This document shows, in pieces, positions 26,255-39,800 of a stretch of DNA of 64,000 bases. The translations under genes and the position numbers were made by a program. The stretch covers positions 43,080 to 107,079 of the forward strand of contig NW_021833424.1 in NCBI RefSeq assembly GCF_006345805.1, written 5' to 3'. The number at the start of each line of letters is the position of its first letter. The stretch's first letter is position 1. The stretch is from Octopus sinensis (taxonomy: Eukaryota). The notes below the pieces were generated by a model. The model saw nothing but the letters and a program-made list of their open reading frames with translations. It searched no databases and had not been told where the DNA came from.

Positions 26255-29090
26255 GTAGATCTGGCCGAGGCACCATTTAGAAACAGTTTGACTAAAGTGC
26301 AACGCGAGTGCTAAGCTAACTCTTTCTCCACACCTCTAAGACGGCGTTCATTTTCTTCCATTGCTGGTCCTTTTAATTTGTACAATTTAACGACGATAAT
26401 ATTTAGTTATTAATATGATTTGTTGTAACTGTAAGAATGACATATTTTATTAATTGTTAAAGATAAAATTCCTCTCCTATAACCACAGAACAAAGGAATT
26501 TTAAGCAGTGCCTCTGTTATTGTCTCTATCTGGAGTTACTTTATAGTAAATGATAAACCAATTCGTTCTTGGACGTTTTTTAAAGTATTTCTGTTAGGAA
26601 TCTTTCATGCTATCCTCTGTAATTATAAGAAACGTTATACTAATATTCGAACAAGTTATTCCTTTCCTCACAAATTCTTCATATATGATGGTTCAATGTC
26701 CTCTCACTTTCATTGTTGTTTTGTCCCAATATTCTCTTCAGATAACCGACATTTGTGAATGGTAATCCAGCCGTGGCCATTCTATTTTTCTGCAGGTTTA
26801 TAGGGGATTGTCTACAAACTATCGAAGGGTTTCTTTTTGTTTACAACAGTATGGAAATAAGATTTGGCTGCTATTTCTAACTGATCGGGTGACCACGTAG
26901 AGACTCCCTGGTTTGCACATTTTTTTAATGTTCTTTTGTATATTTAATGCGAAGGCAATGGAAGAATGTTTTTAACTCTACTCAGTATAACTTCGTTAAG
27001 TTTGGAATAAAAATAGCCAGTCAACGGATTAGGAATAAAACTGGAAGGTTGCGAGTTCGCTTCCGAATGCCGACTTATTTACTTCTATTGACAAACCAAT
27101 AACGATTAAGAAAAACATAAATATTAACATACAGGGGTTGGACAAAATTATGGAAACACCTTAAAATTTCAAAAAATTTATTTTGATATGGGGTAGGACC
27201 GACTTTGGCAATAATTACAGCTTGAATTCTACGAGGTATGGACTCGTTCAAAGTTTGAATTGCTTGCAAAGGAATTTTTAACCATTCTTCAGCTAAAATA
27301 GTCTCCAGTTCTTGTAGTGATGATTGTGGAGGATATCGACTCCTTGTTTTTCTAAAATGCACCATAAATGTTCAATAATATTGAATTCTGGGGACTGCGG
27401 TGGTCAGATAAGATGTTCGACTTAACAAGAATGTTCCTCACCCTGAACGGATAAATCTTTTGCCTTTTACTAGAATGTTTCTCGTGTTATTCAAGTAACA
27501 ACTTTAGCTGTGTGAATTGGTTCAATTATCATCCTGAAGATTGTGTTTCCCTCCGGAAACAGTTCTGAAACCATAGGATGAATTTGATCAGATAAAATGC
27601 TTAGTCTTGACTACTGACTCTGCCATGAAGGGAAACCATTAGGCCGGCGGATTTCTAGGATATAGCCCCCCCCCCGATCATCACAGATCCTCCTCCATGT
27701 TTAACAGTTGGAAGAAGGCAGTTTGGGTCAAATGGTTCTTTTAACTGTCCCCACGCGTATACTCGGCCGGTGGTCAGGAATGTGGTAAAGGATAACTCGT
27801 CCGAAAAAATAACATTCTTCCACTGCTCTAGGAGCCAATTCTGTAGGTTTTTATTCGAAACTCAACGTTTGTTTTTGAAAGTAGTGGTTTTCTGATTGCA
27901 ACCCTCCCATGAAATTTGGCTTTGTGCAGCTCCTGGCGAACAGATTTTGTGGAAATTGGGTTCTGGAGGTGGTCATTAAGCTCTGCAGAAATTTGGGGAG
28001 ATGTACTTTTGTGATCCTTTGAACAATTCGCGTAAGAGTCCGACGATCCCTATCTGAAAGTTTTGGTTTTCTTCCGGAGTTTTGTTTCAATGAGGAGGTT
28101 TTTTCCTCTTTCTCAAAAGCTACCATTACTTTCGAAACAGTACTTCTTGATACACCAAACATTTCGGCTGTTTTCGTTATGCTAGCACCTGCCATACGAG
28201 CACCAACAATTTGACCGCTTTGAAAGTCCGATAGATCTGTCATTTTAAAGAATTTAATTACCTTTTTCTGATGATATCTGAAAAGAAACAGCAATTTTAG
28301 CAAAACATATTAAGCAACACTAATAATAAATCAAAAAACATAAAAATAAACAAGCTTTTGGCGGTTTTACAGATATTTCAAAATTATGATACTATGAGGC
28401 TAGGTGTTTCCATTATTTTGTCCGACCCCTGTATCTACTGATTGCGCTAAAAGTCAGCTGAAAGGGCCTGGAATTTTATTATTTTTTTAATTACTTTTAT
28501 GGTATTTTTTCTTAAATACTGTTATCAAAAGTTGAAAAATCACGAAGGAGTTTAAATTCCGAAGAATGGTCACGGTTGGAATACCTTAAAGGCTCTTTAA
28601 TGGCAGATTTAGCATTAAACAACGACAATAACAAATGTGAATTGATATTGAACTGTATTGATTTCTGCAAAAAGGAAGAATTTGCTTAAGTATAAATGTT
28701 AATAGAGAAAATGGAAGAAAAAAGAAGATTCCAAGCAGAAATGTTTTAGAAACTGTCCAAGAACGAAATAGTTCATCATTCATTATAAGATAATTTCTGA
28801 TAATGTCAACGACAGAGGATTTGCTGAAAATTCCATTGTTCTGTGATTATAAGAGACGAATCTTATCTTCAACAATTAATAAAATACGTCATTCTTACAG
28901 TTACAACAAATCATATTAATTATTAATTGTTATTATCATGAAACTGTACAAATTAAATGGGAACGTCAAAGTAAGAAAATGAACGCCGTCGTAGAGGTGT
29001 GGAGAAAGAGTTAGCTTGGCAATCGCCTTACTTCAGGTTGCACTTTGGCCAAACTGTCTTTCACTAAATCTACGGTTAGACCTAGATCTC
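26255..29090. repeat. Old diverged inverted duplication (about 26255-26730 / 28615-29090) bracketing the Tc1 element
   Basis: Conserved blocks GCTAACTCTTTCTCCACACCTCTA.GACGGCGTTCATTTTCTT and ATTAATATGATTTGTTGTAACTGTAAGAATGAC mirrored. Confidence 0.85.
27132..28431 (-). mobile_element. Full-length decayed Tc1-family DNA transposon
   Basis: 30-bp TIRs CAGGGGT(T/C)GGACAAAAT(T/A)ATGGAAACACCT, TA TSD, transposase from ATG at 28243 (MTDLSDFQSGQIVGARMAG..SGRKPKL) to IPRRIQAVIIAKVGPTPY, frameshifted. Confidence 0.95.
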
Positions 29091-29979
29091 CCTTATAATG
29101 TTTTTAACATATTCTAACATAAAGTAAAAACGAGTTTTTACTTTTTAATGTGCTTAAAAACAGTGGAAATAATGGTATTTCAATTAACTAACTTATAGCA
29201 ATCCAGGATTGAAACGTACACTAATTTGGTGCCATTTTCACCAACATCAACGCATTAATTAATAGAAACGTATCATTGGCAGGAAGTGTTATGCCATTTT
29301 TCTGAAGTTAAAATCATAAAGAGTTGGTTTCGTGATAAATATTTTGCCATCCTAGAGTTTAGCTACAAATCTGGGTCTTGAGTGACAGTACACTGAAGAA
29401 CTGTTTTTGACCACATAAAAAACGGGTATCTGTGGGAAAGGTAAGGGTTTACACATGGCCCCTACATGGTACCGACATTTCTCTATCACTAGTTCACATT
29501 AACAACTGCAGAAAATTACAACTCAATAAAATGTGTAGAAGAGAAAATGTCACGATCTCATTTTGAGATTCCAAAACAGAGGCCATTACAGCCTCTTCTT
29601 TGGCCTTCGTTGGAATCTTCAATCATACAATAAACCAATGAAAGAGTTTCTGTGTGGTCACTTGAGGAGCTAGAAATGATTAGCAAATGCTTTCAAATAA
29701 CTCCCTTTGTACATGTCACATTTATGTGATAGAGTTGAAAAACTTTGATCGAGCGTAATATCCGAGTAATTATTAGACAAAAAGTCCTTGTATTTGTGTT
29801 TGCAAATTAAAGACGACTAACAAGGAGGAAAACTCCAATAAAATCAGTTGATTAAATCTGTCAAGTAATGCGGGCTGTATAGAGACGATGGTTGTCACTG
29901 TTAGTGTAGAGATGCATGTACAGGTTTTGTACTCTGCATCTATAGCTATTTCAACACTGTGCATGTTTATCACGGTGTC

Positions 29980-30011
<32 letters not shown>

Positions 30012-30177
30012 TGTGTGTGTGTGCAGGCTAGATTCGATCGTTAATGCGAATCTTTGGAGTTCGTTTCCATTTGATCAAATACAGTGCACTCAACTAGGTT
30101 TAGTTTTCGAGTGGCAGACATTCCTCTCCCACCCCCACTCAAGGGGAATATTATAAAAGACAGAATTAATTTCAAAA

Positions 30178-30800
30178 ATAGGTGTAGCTGTGTAATAAGG
30201 AGGTTGCGTCCCAGCTGCGTGGCACCTTGGGCAAGTGTCTTCTGCTGTAGCCTAGAGCCCACCAAAATTTGAGTGGATTTGGTAGATGGAAGCTCAACGA
30301 AGCCTGTCGTATGAATATGTGTGCCTTGGTGTGTGTGTAAGTGTGTGTGTGTGTGTGTGTGTGTGTGCTTGTCCCCCACCCACCCCTCGACAACCAGTGT
30401 TGGTGTGTTTACGTCCCCATAACTTTGCAGTTCGGAAAAGATACCTATTTCTTTACTGCCCACAAGGGGCTACACACAGAGGGGACAAACAAGGACAGAC
30501 AAACGGATTAAGTGGTTTACATCGACTTAATTTATCGACCCCGAAAGGATGAAAGGCAAAATTAGCCTCGGAGGAATTTGAACTCAAAACGTAGCGGCAG
30601 ACGAAAGACTGCTAAACATTTCGCCCGGCATGCTAACGTTTCTGCCAGCTCACCGCCTTAATTCGGAAAAAGATACCGATTTACGTAACAGGATTCAAAG
30701 GTTTCAAAGGCAATAAGTTCTGGGTTGATTCGTTCGACTAAAACTTCTTTAAGATGGTGCCCCAGCATGGCCCCAGTCTAATGACTGAACTAAGTAAAAG
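30178..30800 (+). mobile_element. SINE B with a nested SINE A (minus, about 30440-30660)
   Basis: TTCGGAAAA(A)GATACC duplicated at 30431 and 30662 around the A copy. Confidence 0.85.
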
Positions 30801-31663
30801 AACAGCATTAGGAGACATCAAATCCAAAGTCGCGCAGGGGCTAGAGTACCAATAATAGAAGTACACTGTGTCTAAGGACGCATGTGCCATTACTCAACAT
30901 TACATTTCAGAGACTGAACTTATCTCCAAAACTGGAAATTATTGGACAGTGCTGTAGTGCCAATCTTAGGAACCAGTGAATTAATAGGGACATGTCTCTG
31001 CGTGCTCTTCCTGCCTGCTAGAAACAGCAGCTACATCTCAGGGAATAAGCTTCTTCTGTCTTAGAGAAACCTACACGTTGGCTAAATTGATCCTAGGTGG
31101 ATTTTTAGCGTTGGAATATCATTGAATATGGGTGTGTTTGGTCAGGAACTGAGCTGGAACTTTACCAGAATTTAAATCTGAAAATTATATCTCAATCCAC
31201 GAAAGTGGGTGTGGTAGTAAAGGTAGTGGTGGTGGTGGTGGTGGTGGTGTGGTGGTGGTGGAGGCGGTGGTGGAGGTGGTTGCGGCGGCGGTGATGGTGG
31301 TTGTTTTTGTGGTGGTGGTGATTGTGGCGACGTTCGTGGCAGTGGCGTTGGCTGCGTTGTGAGTTCAAATTCCGCCGAGGTCGACTTTGCCTTTCATCCT
31401 TTCGGGGTCGATAAATTAAGTACCAGTTTAATCGACTGGCCCCCTTCCCCAGAATTTTGGGCCTTGTGCGCAGAGGACAAAATACATACAAACAATGCAA
31501 GCACTCGCGTGTATACGTTGAAATGCAAATACATGTAAACACACTCATACACGCAGATATACATACGCAAACTTCATATATTTTCTACATAAATTCTACA
31601 CACATTCACACGTGCGCGCGTGGTTAGTCCTAAACACAAACACTCTTTCCTTCTTTCTTTCTT

Positions 31664-31702
<39 letters not shown>

Positions 31703-31865
31703 TTCACATTTACTCTCTCATTGCCCACGTATATCCTCTCTCACGTACTCTCATGTATACATGCTCTCTCTCTCTTACTATGGCTACTGCATCATCCTTC
31801 CTCTTCTCCCTCATTTTTCCTCTCTCGCCCTCTTTTTTGCATACTCTCTCAATGTATAAACGATG

Positions 31866-32041
31866 AGAAATTGGAGGGAAAACAACAAATAGAAGTGTGT
31901 CTGTGGTGCTAAAAAGCCATTGCTTAATTAATTAAGCAAGATGAGGGTAACTCACGCTTACCTTCACCTTGCTTAATTAATTAAACAATGGCTTTTAGCA
32001 TCACAGGCACACTTCTATTTGTTGTTTTTCCTCCAATTTCT
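31866..32041. repeat. Near-perfect 176-bp fold-back (85-bp arms, 7-nt loop)
   Basis: AGAAATTGGAGG...GGGTAA-ctcacgc-TTACC...CCTCCAATTTCT. Confidence 0.93.
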
Positions 32042-32221
32042 GATTGTCTATATATACATTAAACTACAGTTTAACTCTTAATTTACCTGCTGCTACCAAG
32101 GACAATACTTATGGAGGTAATTACCTGGAGTGCCTCTGGATACTTCTATCCCTTAGAAGGCTTAACACCTCTAACTTATACCTTACCTTACATAACATAT
32201 ATATATGTGTGTGTGTGTGTG

Positions 32222-32273
<52 letters not shown>

Positions 32274-32276
<3 letters not shown>

Positions 32277-32685
32277 GCGCAGGAGTGGCTGTGTGGTAAG
32301 TAGCTTGTTTACCAACCACATGGTTCCGGTTCAGTCCCACTGCGTGGCACCTGGGCAAGTGTCTTCTGCTATAGCCCCGGGCCGACCAAAGCCTTGTGAG
32401 TAGATTTGGTAGACGGAAACTGAAAGAAGCCCGTCGTATATATGTATATATATATGTATGCGTGTGTTTGTTTGTGTGTCTGTGTTTGTCCTCCTAGCAT
32501 TGCTTGACAACCGATGCTGGTGTGTTTATGTCCCCGTTACTTAGCGGTTCGGCGAAGGAGACCGATACAATAAGTACTGGGCTTACAAACGAATAAGTCC
32601 CGGGGTCGAGTTGCTCGATTAAAGGCGGTGCTCCAGCATGGCCGCAGTCAAATGACTGAAACAAGTAAAAGAGTAAAAGAGTAAG

Positions 32686-32686
<1 letters not shown>
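32274..32686 (+). mobile_element. SINE family B, full length
   Basis: Head GGCGCAGGAGTGGCTGTGTGGTAAG to tail GTAAAAGAGTAAAAGAG. Confidence 0.92.
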
Positions 32687-32728
<42 letters not shown>

Positions 32729-32729
32729 G

Positions 32730-32777
<48 letters not shown>

Positions 32778-32786
32778 ATATATATT

Positions 32787-32817
<31 letters not shown>

Positions 32818-32824
32818 TGTATTT

Positions 32825-33502
32825 TGGGATGATCATTTTGTTTTTTGCCAAATAAACACACGCACTATATATTCGTTCTGCCCTAGTTTGTTATTGTTCC
32901 TATTCTAACTCCTATCCATTGTCCGGAAATCTTTCGTCACACATCTGTGACCTCTTCACACACGAAGACACATTTCGTCTTCGTGTGTGCTCTTGCTCCA
33001 CTTATTTCATTCTGCTCTTCTGTGATATGACAACGACGGCAATAACAACAACAACAACAACTACTACTACTACTACTACTTCGATGGCAGCACCGTGGAC
33101 GAACACACAAACGTGGAGGGTTACAGGAACTGTACTAAATTTTGGGGTCCGAGGATAACAGCAGCGACAACGTGGGGAGAAGATAGGGTTGAGGGGAAGG
33201 TCATACTGCTACAAAGATCAATGACACACACACAAGTATACACACAACCACACACATGCACAGACATGCACATATACACACGCATACATAAACACAAACG
33301 CAATCGCATGTATGCATAAAGGTACACATCATAGAAATAAGTGGCGCGAGAGCACACACGAAGTCGAAAAGTATCGCTGAAGAGGTCACAGATGAGTGAC
33401 GAAAGATTTCCGGAAAATGGACAGAATAAGAAGAGTAATAAACGAGTGAAGAACAAATATATATAATGCGTGTGGTTGTTTGGCAAAGAAAAAATATGAT
33501 CA
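32825..33502. mobile_element. Inverted pair of a short hammerhead-bearing element (about 32825-33009 minus / 33332-33502 plus)
   Basis: CTGAAGA-GGTCAC-agatga-GTGAC-GAAA-GATTTC-CGG at 33377-33413, mirrored at 32922-32958. Confidence 0.65.
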
Positions 33503-33607
33503 ACTCGAAGCGCAACAACAACTGTTTCAACACACGATTTCACATCAGATGTCATGCAACACAAATTCATAAACGTATATATATGTATATGTATGTAAGT
33601 ATGTATG

Positions 33608-33640
<33 letters not shown>

Positions 33641-34133
33641 GCATGTACGCATGTGTGTATATATATGTGTGTATTTATATATATACACACATACATATAT
33701 AAATCAAGGCTGCACCTCTTCCTGTCGGGAGACCCAGACGAAGTCCATTCTACACCAAGTGCCATATATTAGAGGAAGATCTCAGTAATAACAACGTAGC
33801 AAAACGGCGCTGTTCCAGCATGGCCACAGCTCTGAGCTGAAACGAAAATATATATAAATATATACATATATATATATTGTATACAGGGAGAGAAAAACAT
33901 GCAAGGTGTGTCGTCTTGAGAGAGATCTGGTCATTCCAGTATTACAATCCACTCCGTAGTTATTTCATTCTCTGTCTAAAAAAATTCTAATCGGAGAATT
34001 CTTACATTTCTATACCACATGTACCACTTTGTGACTCCTATTAGCAAATGAAGGACTGTACGGCAATATATAAATATGACACGAGTCGGCAGAATCGTTA
34101 GCACTCCGTCCGTCTTTACGTTCTGAGTTCAAA

Positions 34134-35456
34134 GTCCGTCATCTACTACCGCCTGACCGTCGTACCTTGTCCCGACCCTACCATCACCAAACTACAACGC
34201 ATCCTCTTTCGCTTCTTGTGGAAAGGATGCGTCCCGATGGTCAGGCGATCCATTTGCTGTCAACACCCGTTAAAAGGAGGGCTGGGCATGCCGTGGTTGA
34301 TGATGCGCAGACACGCGCTGAGACTGCGACATCTCTGGCTCTATGTAGACGACGGTGAACAGGTGTGGTCGCCGTTTGTGAGGCACGCTTTCCCGCAGCT
34401 CGTCTCCATGACCGAACTGCAGTCGTGGATCAAAAAGAGGCCGAGGAAGGCGAATGGCACCGCGAGTGTCGCGTTGCTCTCAAGCAACTCTGCCGTCCTG
34501 GGTCGACCTTAAGTGACTTCAACACAACCAAAGCATTCTATAGGGGTTTAGTGGAGGGGAGGTACGACGACGAGCTCGGGGCGAACCTGGACGTCGACGA
34601 GGAGTACCTGACCCGCCTGTTCGGGACGACTTTCGGGCCAGGGCCCATGGACAACTTCCAGAGATCCCTGGCAGTGCTACCGAGAAGCGCTACCCGTTCG
34701 GGATAAGCTCTACAGACACGGCTCGAGAAACACGGGGCCGACCTGCCCGAGATGCGGTCAGAACGACGAAACCGTTCTGCACGCACTCGTTCAGTGTCCA
34801 ACAATTTCCGACCTGTGGGCTTATGTCGAACAACTGCTGTCACGTGTGGGACGAGTCGGTTTATCAGCTGAGTCTATCGTCAATATTGTCACGCCTCCTT
34901 CCTTCAAACGGGAAGGAAGAGCTATTTTCATCATCCTTGTGGCTATGGCGAAAGAATGTATCTGGTGGACGCGTCTGAAAGGATTGGAGACAAACACTTT
35001 CCTCTCTGGTCAATCTCTCATCAACTTCTTCAAGTACCACTTGAAAAGGAAAGTGAGAGTAGAGAGGCAAGTTTTGTCTAGCGAATGTTTTAAAAAAAGA
35101 TGGGTGAATGTAGCAAGAATGGCACGTATGAATGACGAAGCCACCTTGAGCATAGTCCTATGAACCCAGAAATCGAAAACAGAGAGTTGCTTATTTGCAA
35201 AAAAAAAAAAAAAAAAAAAAGAAATATAAAATGTGACTTCATTGACCGAGGTTACCGTGGTCTTTTCCGCAGGCTTTTCTTTCCACGGGTAAACGTCACC
35301 TGTCCTCCCCTTTACACTTCATATTGACATTTCTGTGATAACGATCCCTATTGATCATTTTTTTTCCTCTCCCCCCCTTTTTTTTTTTTTTTTTTTTAAC
35401 CCCCCCTTATTTTTGTCCTCTTTCTCTCCTTTTACGATCCCTTTTGATCGAACCTC

Positions 35457-35494
<38 letters not shown>

Positions 35495-35566
35495 CCTTCA
35501 AAAGAAAAGCTCTACCTTGTAATTTGTTCTATTTGTGTGCAGCCTTGTGTGGCTAATAAAGAAACA
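34134..35566 (+). mobile_element. 5'-truncated L1/Tx1-type LINE, subfamily 2
   Basis: ORF2 C-terminus with CPRCGQ..ETVLHAL.QC zinc finger, stop at 35163, A/T-tract 3' UTR, ends AATAAAGAAACA then (TATC)n. Confidence 0.93.
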
Positions 35567-35597
<31 letters not shown>

Positions 35598-35623
35598 TTA
35601 TCTATCCATCTATCTATCCATCC

Positions 35624-35697
<74 letters not shown>

Positions 35698-35729
35698 TTA
35701 TATATCTATCTATCTATCTATCTTGTCTT

Positions 35730-35791
<62 letters not shown>

Positions 35792-35811
35792 GATCTATCT
35801 ATCTATCTATC

Positions 35812-35842
<31 letters not shown>

Positions 35843-35848
35843 CTATCC

Positions 35849-35918
<70 letters not shown>

Positions 35919-35957
35919 TTATATATCTATCTATCTATCTATCTTGTCTTTCTATCT
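35567..35957. repeat. (TATC)n microsatellite
   Basis: Starts exactly at the LINE 3' end. Confidence 0.97.
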
Positions 35958-36526
35958 AATACCTTATACATCTTTATTTACATTCTACCTTATCTGTCAT
36001 TTATCTGTGTATTTAACTTTTACGTGTATATAATATATATATATATATTATATATTATAATATATATATATAACACACACACACACCACACACATATGTG
36101 TGTGTTTGCGCGTATGTGTATGTGTGCGTGCGTATCTTAGGTGTGCGTGCACCATCCTACAAACATTTTATTTTACCACCAGTGCCGTCCTAAACTCGTT
36201 TCTGGAATTCAGTGAAATTGATATGGTAATGTATATGCATGGCTGTATGCATATACATGTGTTTGTGCAAGTGTGCATGTATGCAGGAATGTGTGTGTAT
36301 ATACGAATTCATTTATGATTCACATGAATACGTTTGATTGCACATCTCTAAATATGTATGTGGGTATGCGTATGTTCGCATGTTTTATGTGCATATACGT
36401 ATATATATTCACACGTATTAGTGCACGTGGATATTAACACACATACACATATTCATATACAATTATATACATACATAGATACATGCGCAGATAAAAGATA
36501 GATAGATAGATTGATAGAAAGATATG

Positions 36527-36575
<49 letters not shown>

Positions 36576-36878
36576 CTTTCTTTTATTAGCCACACAGGGC
36601 TGAATACAGAGGGGACAAATACAAATGCAGAGCTTTCTTTTCGAGGGTGGAAAAAAATAAAAATGTAAGATTGCGATCAAAAGGGATCGAGAGGAGGAAA
36701 AAAAAAGGAAAAAAAAGGAAAATCGTGTATCACAGAAATAATGGTGTAAACATTGATATAACAAGATTGGGTTCATCCGTGGGAAGAAAAGCCTACAGAA
36801 AGGACCACGGGAACCCCAGTCAGAGGAGGAAATAAACACATGAGGTCAAAAATGCTCTCTTTCTTTCTTTTTTACGAT

Positions 36879-39800
36879 CTACAGGATCATGCTCAAAATG
36901 GTTTCGTTACTAGCACGCACCATCTTTGCAACATCACCCATCTTTTTTTGAATCTTTCGCGAGACAAAACTTCCCTCTCCATTCTCACCTTCCTTTTCAA
37001 GTGGTACTGAAAAAGTTGATGAGCGATTGGCCAGAGAGGTAAGTGTTTGTCTCTAATCCTTTCGCTCGAGTCCACACACACATTCTTTCACCATGGCCAC
37101 CAGTACGATGAAAACTGCCTTGCCTTCCCGGTTGAGGGAAGGGGGCGGAGCAATTCTCACGATAGACTCGGCCGATAGGCGGATTCGTCCCACACGTGAC
37201 AGCAGCCGTTCGGCATAAGCCCACAGGTCGGAAATGGTTGGACATTGCACGAGTGCGTGCAGAACGGTTTCGTCGCTCTGACCGCATCTCGGGCAAGTCG
37301 GTCCAGTGTGTCTGGAACCGTGTCTGTAGAGCTTATCCCGAACAGGTAATGCTTCTCGATAGCACTGCCAGGCCAGGGATCTTTGGTGATTGTTCATAGG
37401 TCCCGGCCCGAAAGTTGTCCTGAACAGGCGGGTCAGGTGTTCCTCGTCGACGCCCAGACTCTGCCCGAGTTCGTCGTCGCACCTCCCCTCCACTAATCCT
37501 CTATAGAATGCCTTTGTTGTGATGGAGTCGCACAAGTTCGATCCCGGACGGCAGAGTTGCTTGAGAGCAACGCGACACTCGCGGTGCCATTCGCCTAGCC
37601 TCGGTCTCTGCTTGATCCATGACTGTAGTTCGTCCAAGGAGACGAGCTGCGGGAAAGCGCGCCGCAAAAGGCGACCACCCCTGTTCACCGTTGTCTATGA
37701 AGCGCCGGAGATGTCGCAGTCTCAGCGCATGTCTGCGCATCATCAACCACGGCATGCCCAGCCCTCCATTTAGCGGGTGTTGGCAGCAAATGGATCGTCT
37801 AACCATCGGAACGTTTCCCTTCCACAAGAAGCGGAAGAGTATGCGTTCCAGTTTGTGATGGTAGGGTCGGGACAAGGCACGACGGTCAGACGATACTCGA
37901 TGACGGATGCGATGTACGCGTTCGCCACCTCCGCCCGACCTTTTAGGGATAGCTTTCTCTCAGTCCATTTCTGGGTGAGAGTAGCCACCCTAGTCGTTAT
38001 CTCGCCCCAGTTCTTCTCCATTTGGAGGTCCGGACCGAACCAGACCCCGAGCAATTTAACCGGTCCGTCCGTCCAGCGTCCCACGATGGAGACGCTGTTG
38101 GACGGCATGGGCTTGCTTCTCCAGGTGCCGAGCCGCAAGCCCACTGACTTTTCCCGGTTAATTTTTGCTCCCGTTACCGCTTCGTATTCTTTCAGTGTCT
38201 CGCCGACCAGCTCGATGTGCTCGTAGCTCGACACTATGACGGTGACGTCATCCGCGTATGCAGACACGCTCCTCCCGCATCCCAGCTCTCGTGGGATGCC
38301 CCTCAGCGTCGCCAGTTTCCGCAGTAGTGGCTCAAGAGTCAGTACATACAGCAGCGATGAGAGGGGGCATCCCTGACGAACCGAACGCATGATAAGGTCT
38401 GGATAGATGACCATTTACGCGAACTACTGAGCGGATGCCGCTGTATAAGGCAGCGATCCAACCGCGGAAAACTGGACCGAAACCAGCCGCTTTGAGGACA
38501 GCCTCCAAGTAGTGATGGTCTACCCTATCGAAGGCTTTTGATTGATCCAAATTGATCAGCGCCCCACCCATGCCAGGATTTTTAACTACCCTGTCTATGA
38601 TGTAGCGCATCAGATGGAGGTTGTCATGAATACTTCTACCAGCACGGCGCATGTTTGCGCCTTGTTGATTAGTTTCTTGATGACAAGCGCCAACCTCTCG
38701 GCTAACACCTTGGCCAAAATTTTCAAATCTGCGTTGAGCAGAGTGATGGGCCTGAAATTATTTATGACGTCCCCCTTGTTTGGGTCTTTCTTAATCAGTG
38801 CCACTGCTCCTCGCTTTACAAAAGCAGGAATACTCCCGTTCTGCTGCCAGTTGCAGTAGACAGCTGCCAAGACGCCTCCAAACAAGTCTGGCATATGAAA
38901 ATAAAATTCGTAGGGCAGACCATCCAAGCCTGGTGACTTGTCTCTCGCGCAGCCTACCATCGCATCCTGTACATCCGCAGCTGTGATAGGCTTTTCACAA
39001 GACTCCACCTCCCTTGCTGAGAGTCGTGGCAAGGCATGCAGGTAGGCACTAAAGTCCACTCTGCTTTCTGACTCACCACTTGTCCCAAACAGTTGGGTGA
39101 AGTGTTGTTGAAAAACCCCACACATCCTTTTAGGCTCGAGCAATTCGCGCCCCTGTTCATCTATAAGAGACTTGATGGTGGCTCTGTTGCCTCGTTGCGT
39201 CTCCACCACTCGGGCCTCTTGGGCGGCTCCAACTCCTTCGTTCCTCAGAGCACGCATCCTAGCTCTGACAACGCATCCCTCGTGTTTGGCGTTGAGGTGT
39301 TGGTCGAGGGCCAATCTCGCCGCCAGTACGTTGGACGCGATGCCAGTTCTAAGTGCCTCTTCTAAAACCTTAACTAATTCTCCCTCTATTCTATTTCGGT
39401 CTAATGCTAAGGGCTCTACTGTATCTGACTGATTCTGCTTTAATCGCTTTTTTTAGGGCATACCACCATCTGTTGTTGATGATGGTACCCGTCAAAGCTC
39501 TCTTAACTAATGTGCTGATCCGGTCCCTGTAAACCTGTCGTGCTGTAAAAGACGCGTTCAGTTTCCAGTAACCAGGACCCTGCCTATGTGCTTATCTAAG
39601 TCAAGTGTACAAGTCACAAACTTGTGATCTGTGTAACTGACTATATGAAATTGTGGACAACCTACACTATTTTTATCTATTGTCCTACAGAATACTCTGT
39701 CTAAGTATGATCTGGACGACCCGATGCGGTTACTCCATGTCCACATTGGCACATTCGGGTGGTCCAGTCGGTACCTGTCAGACAGTTGGAAACGTCTGAG

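Noticed and set aside
27530-27570. CTGAAGA...GAAAC hammerhead-like words
   Set aside because: Inside the Tc1 transposase, with no stems
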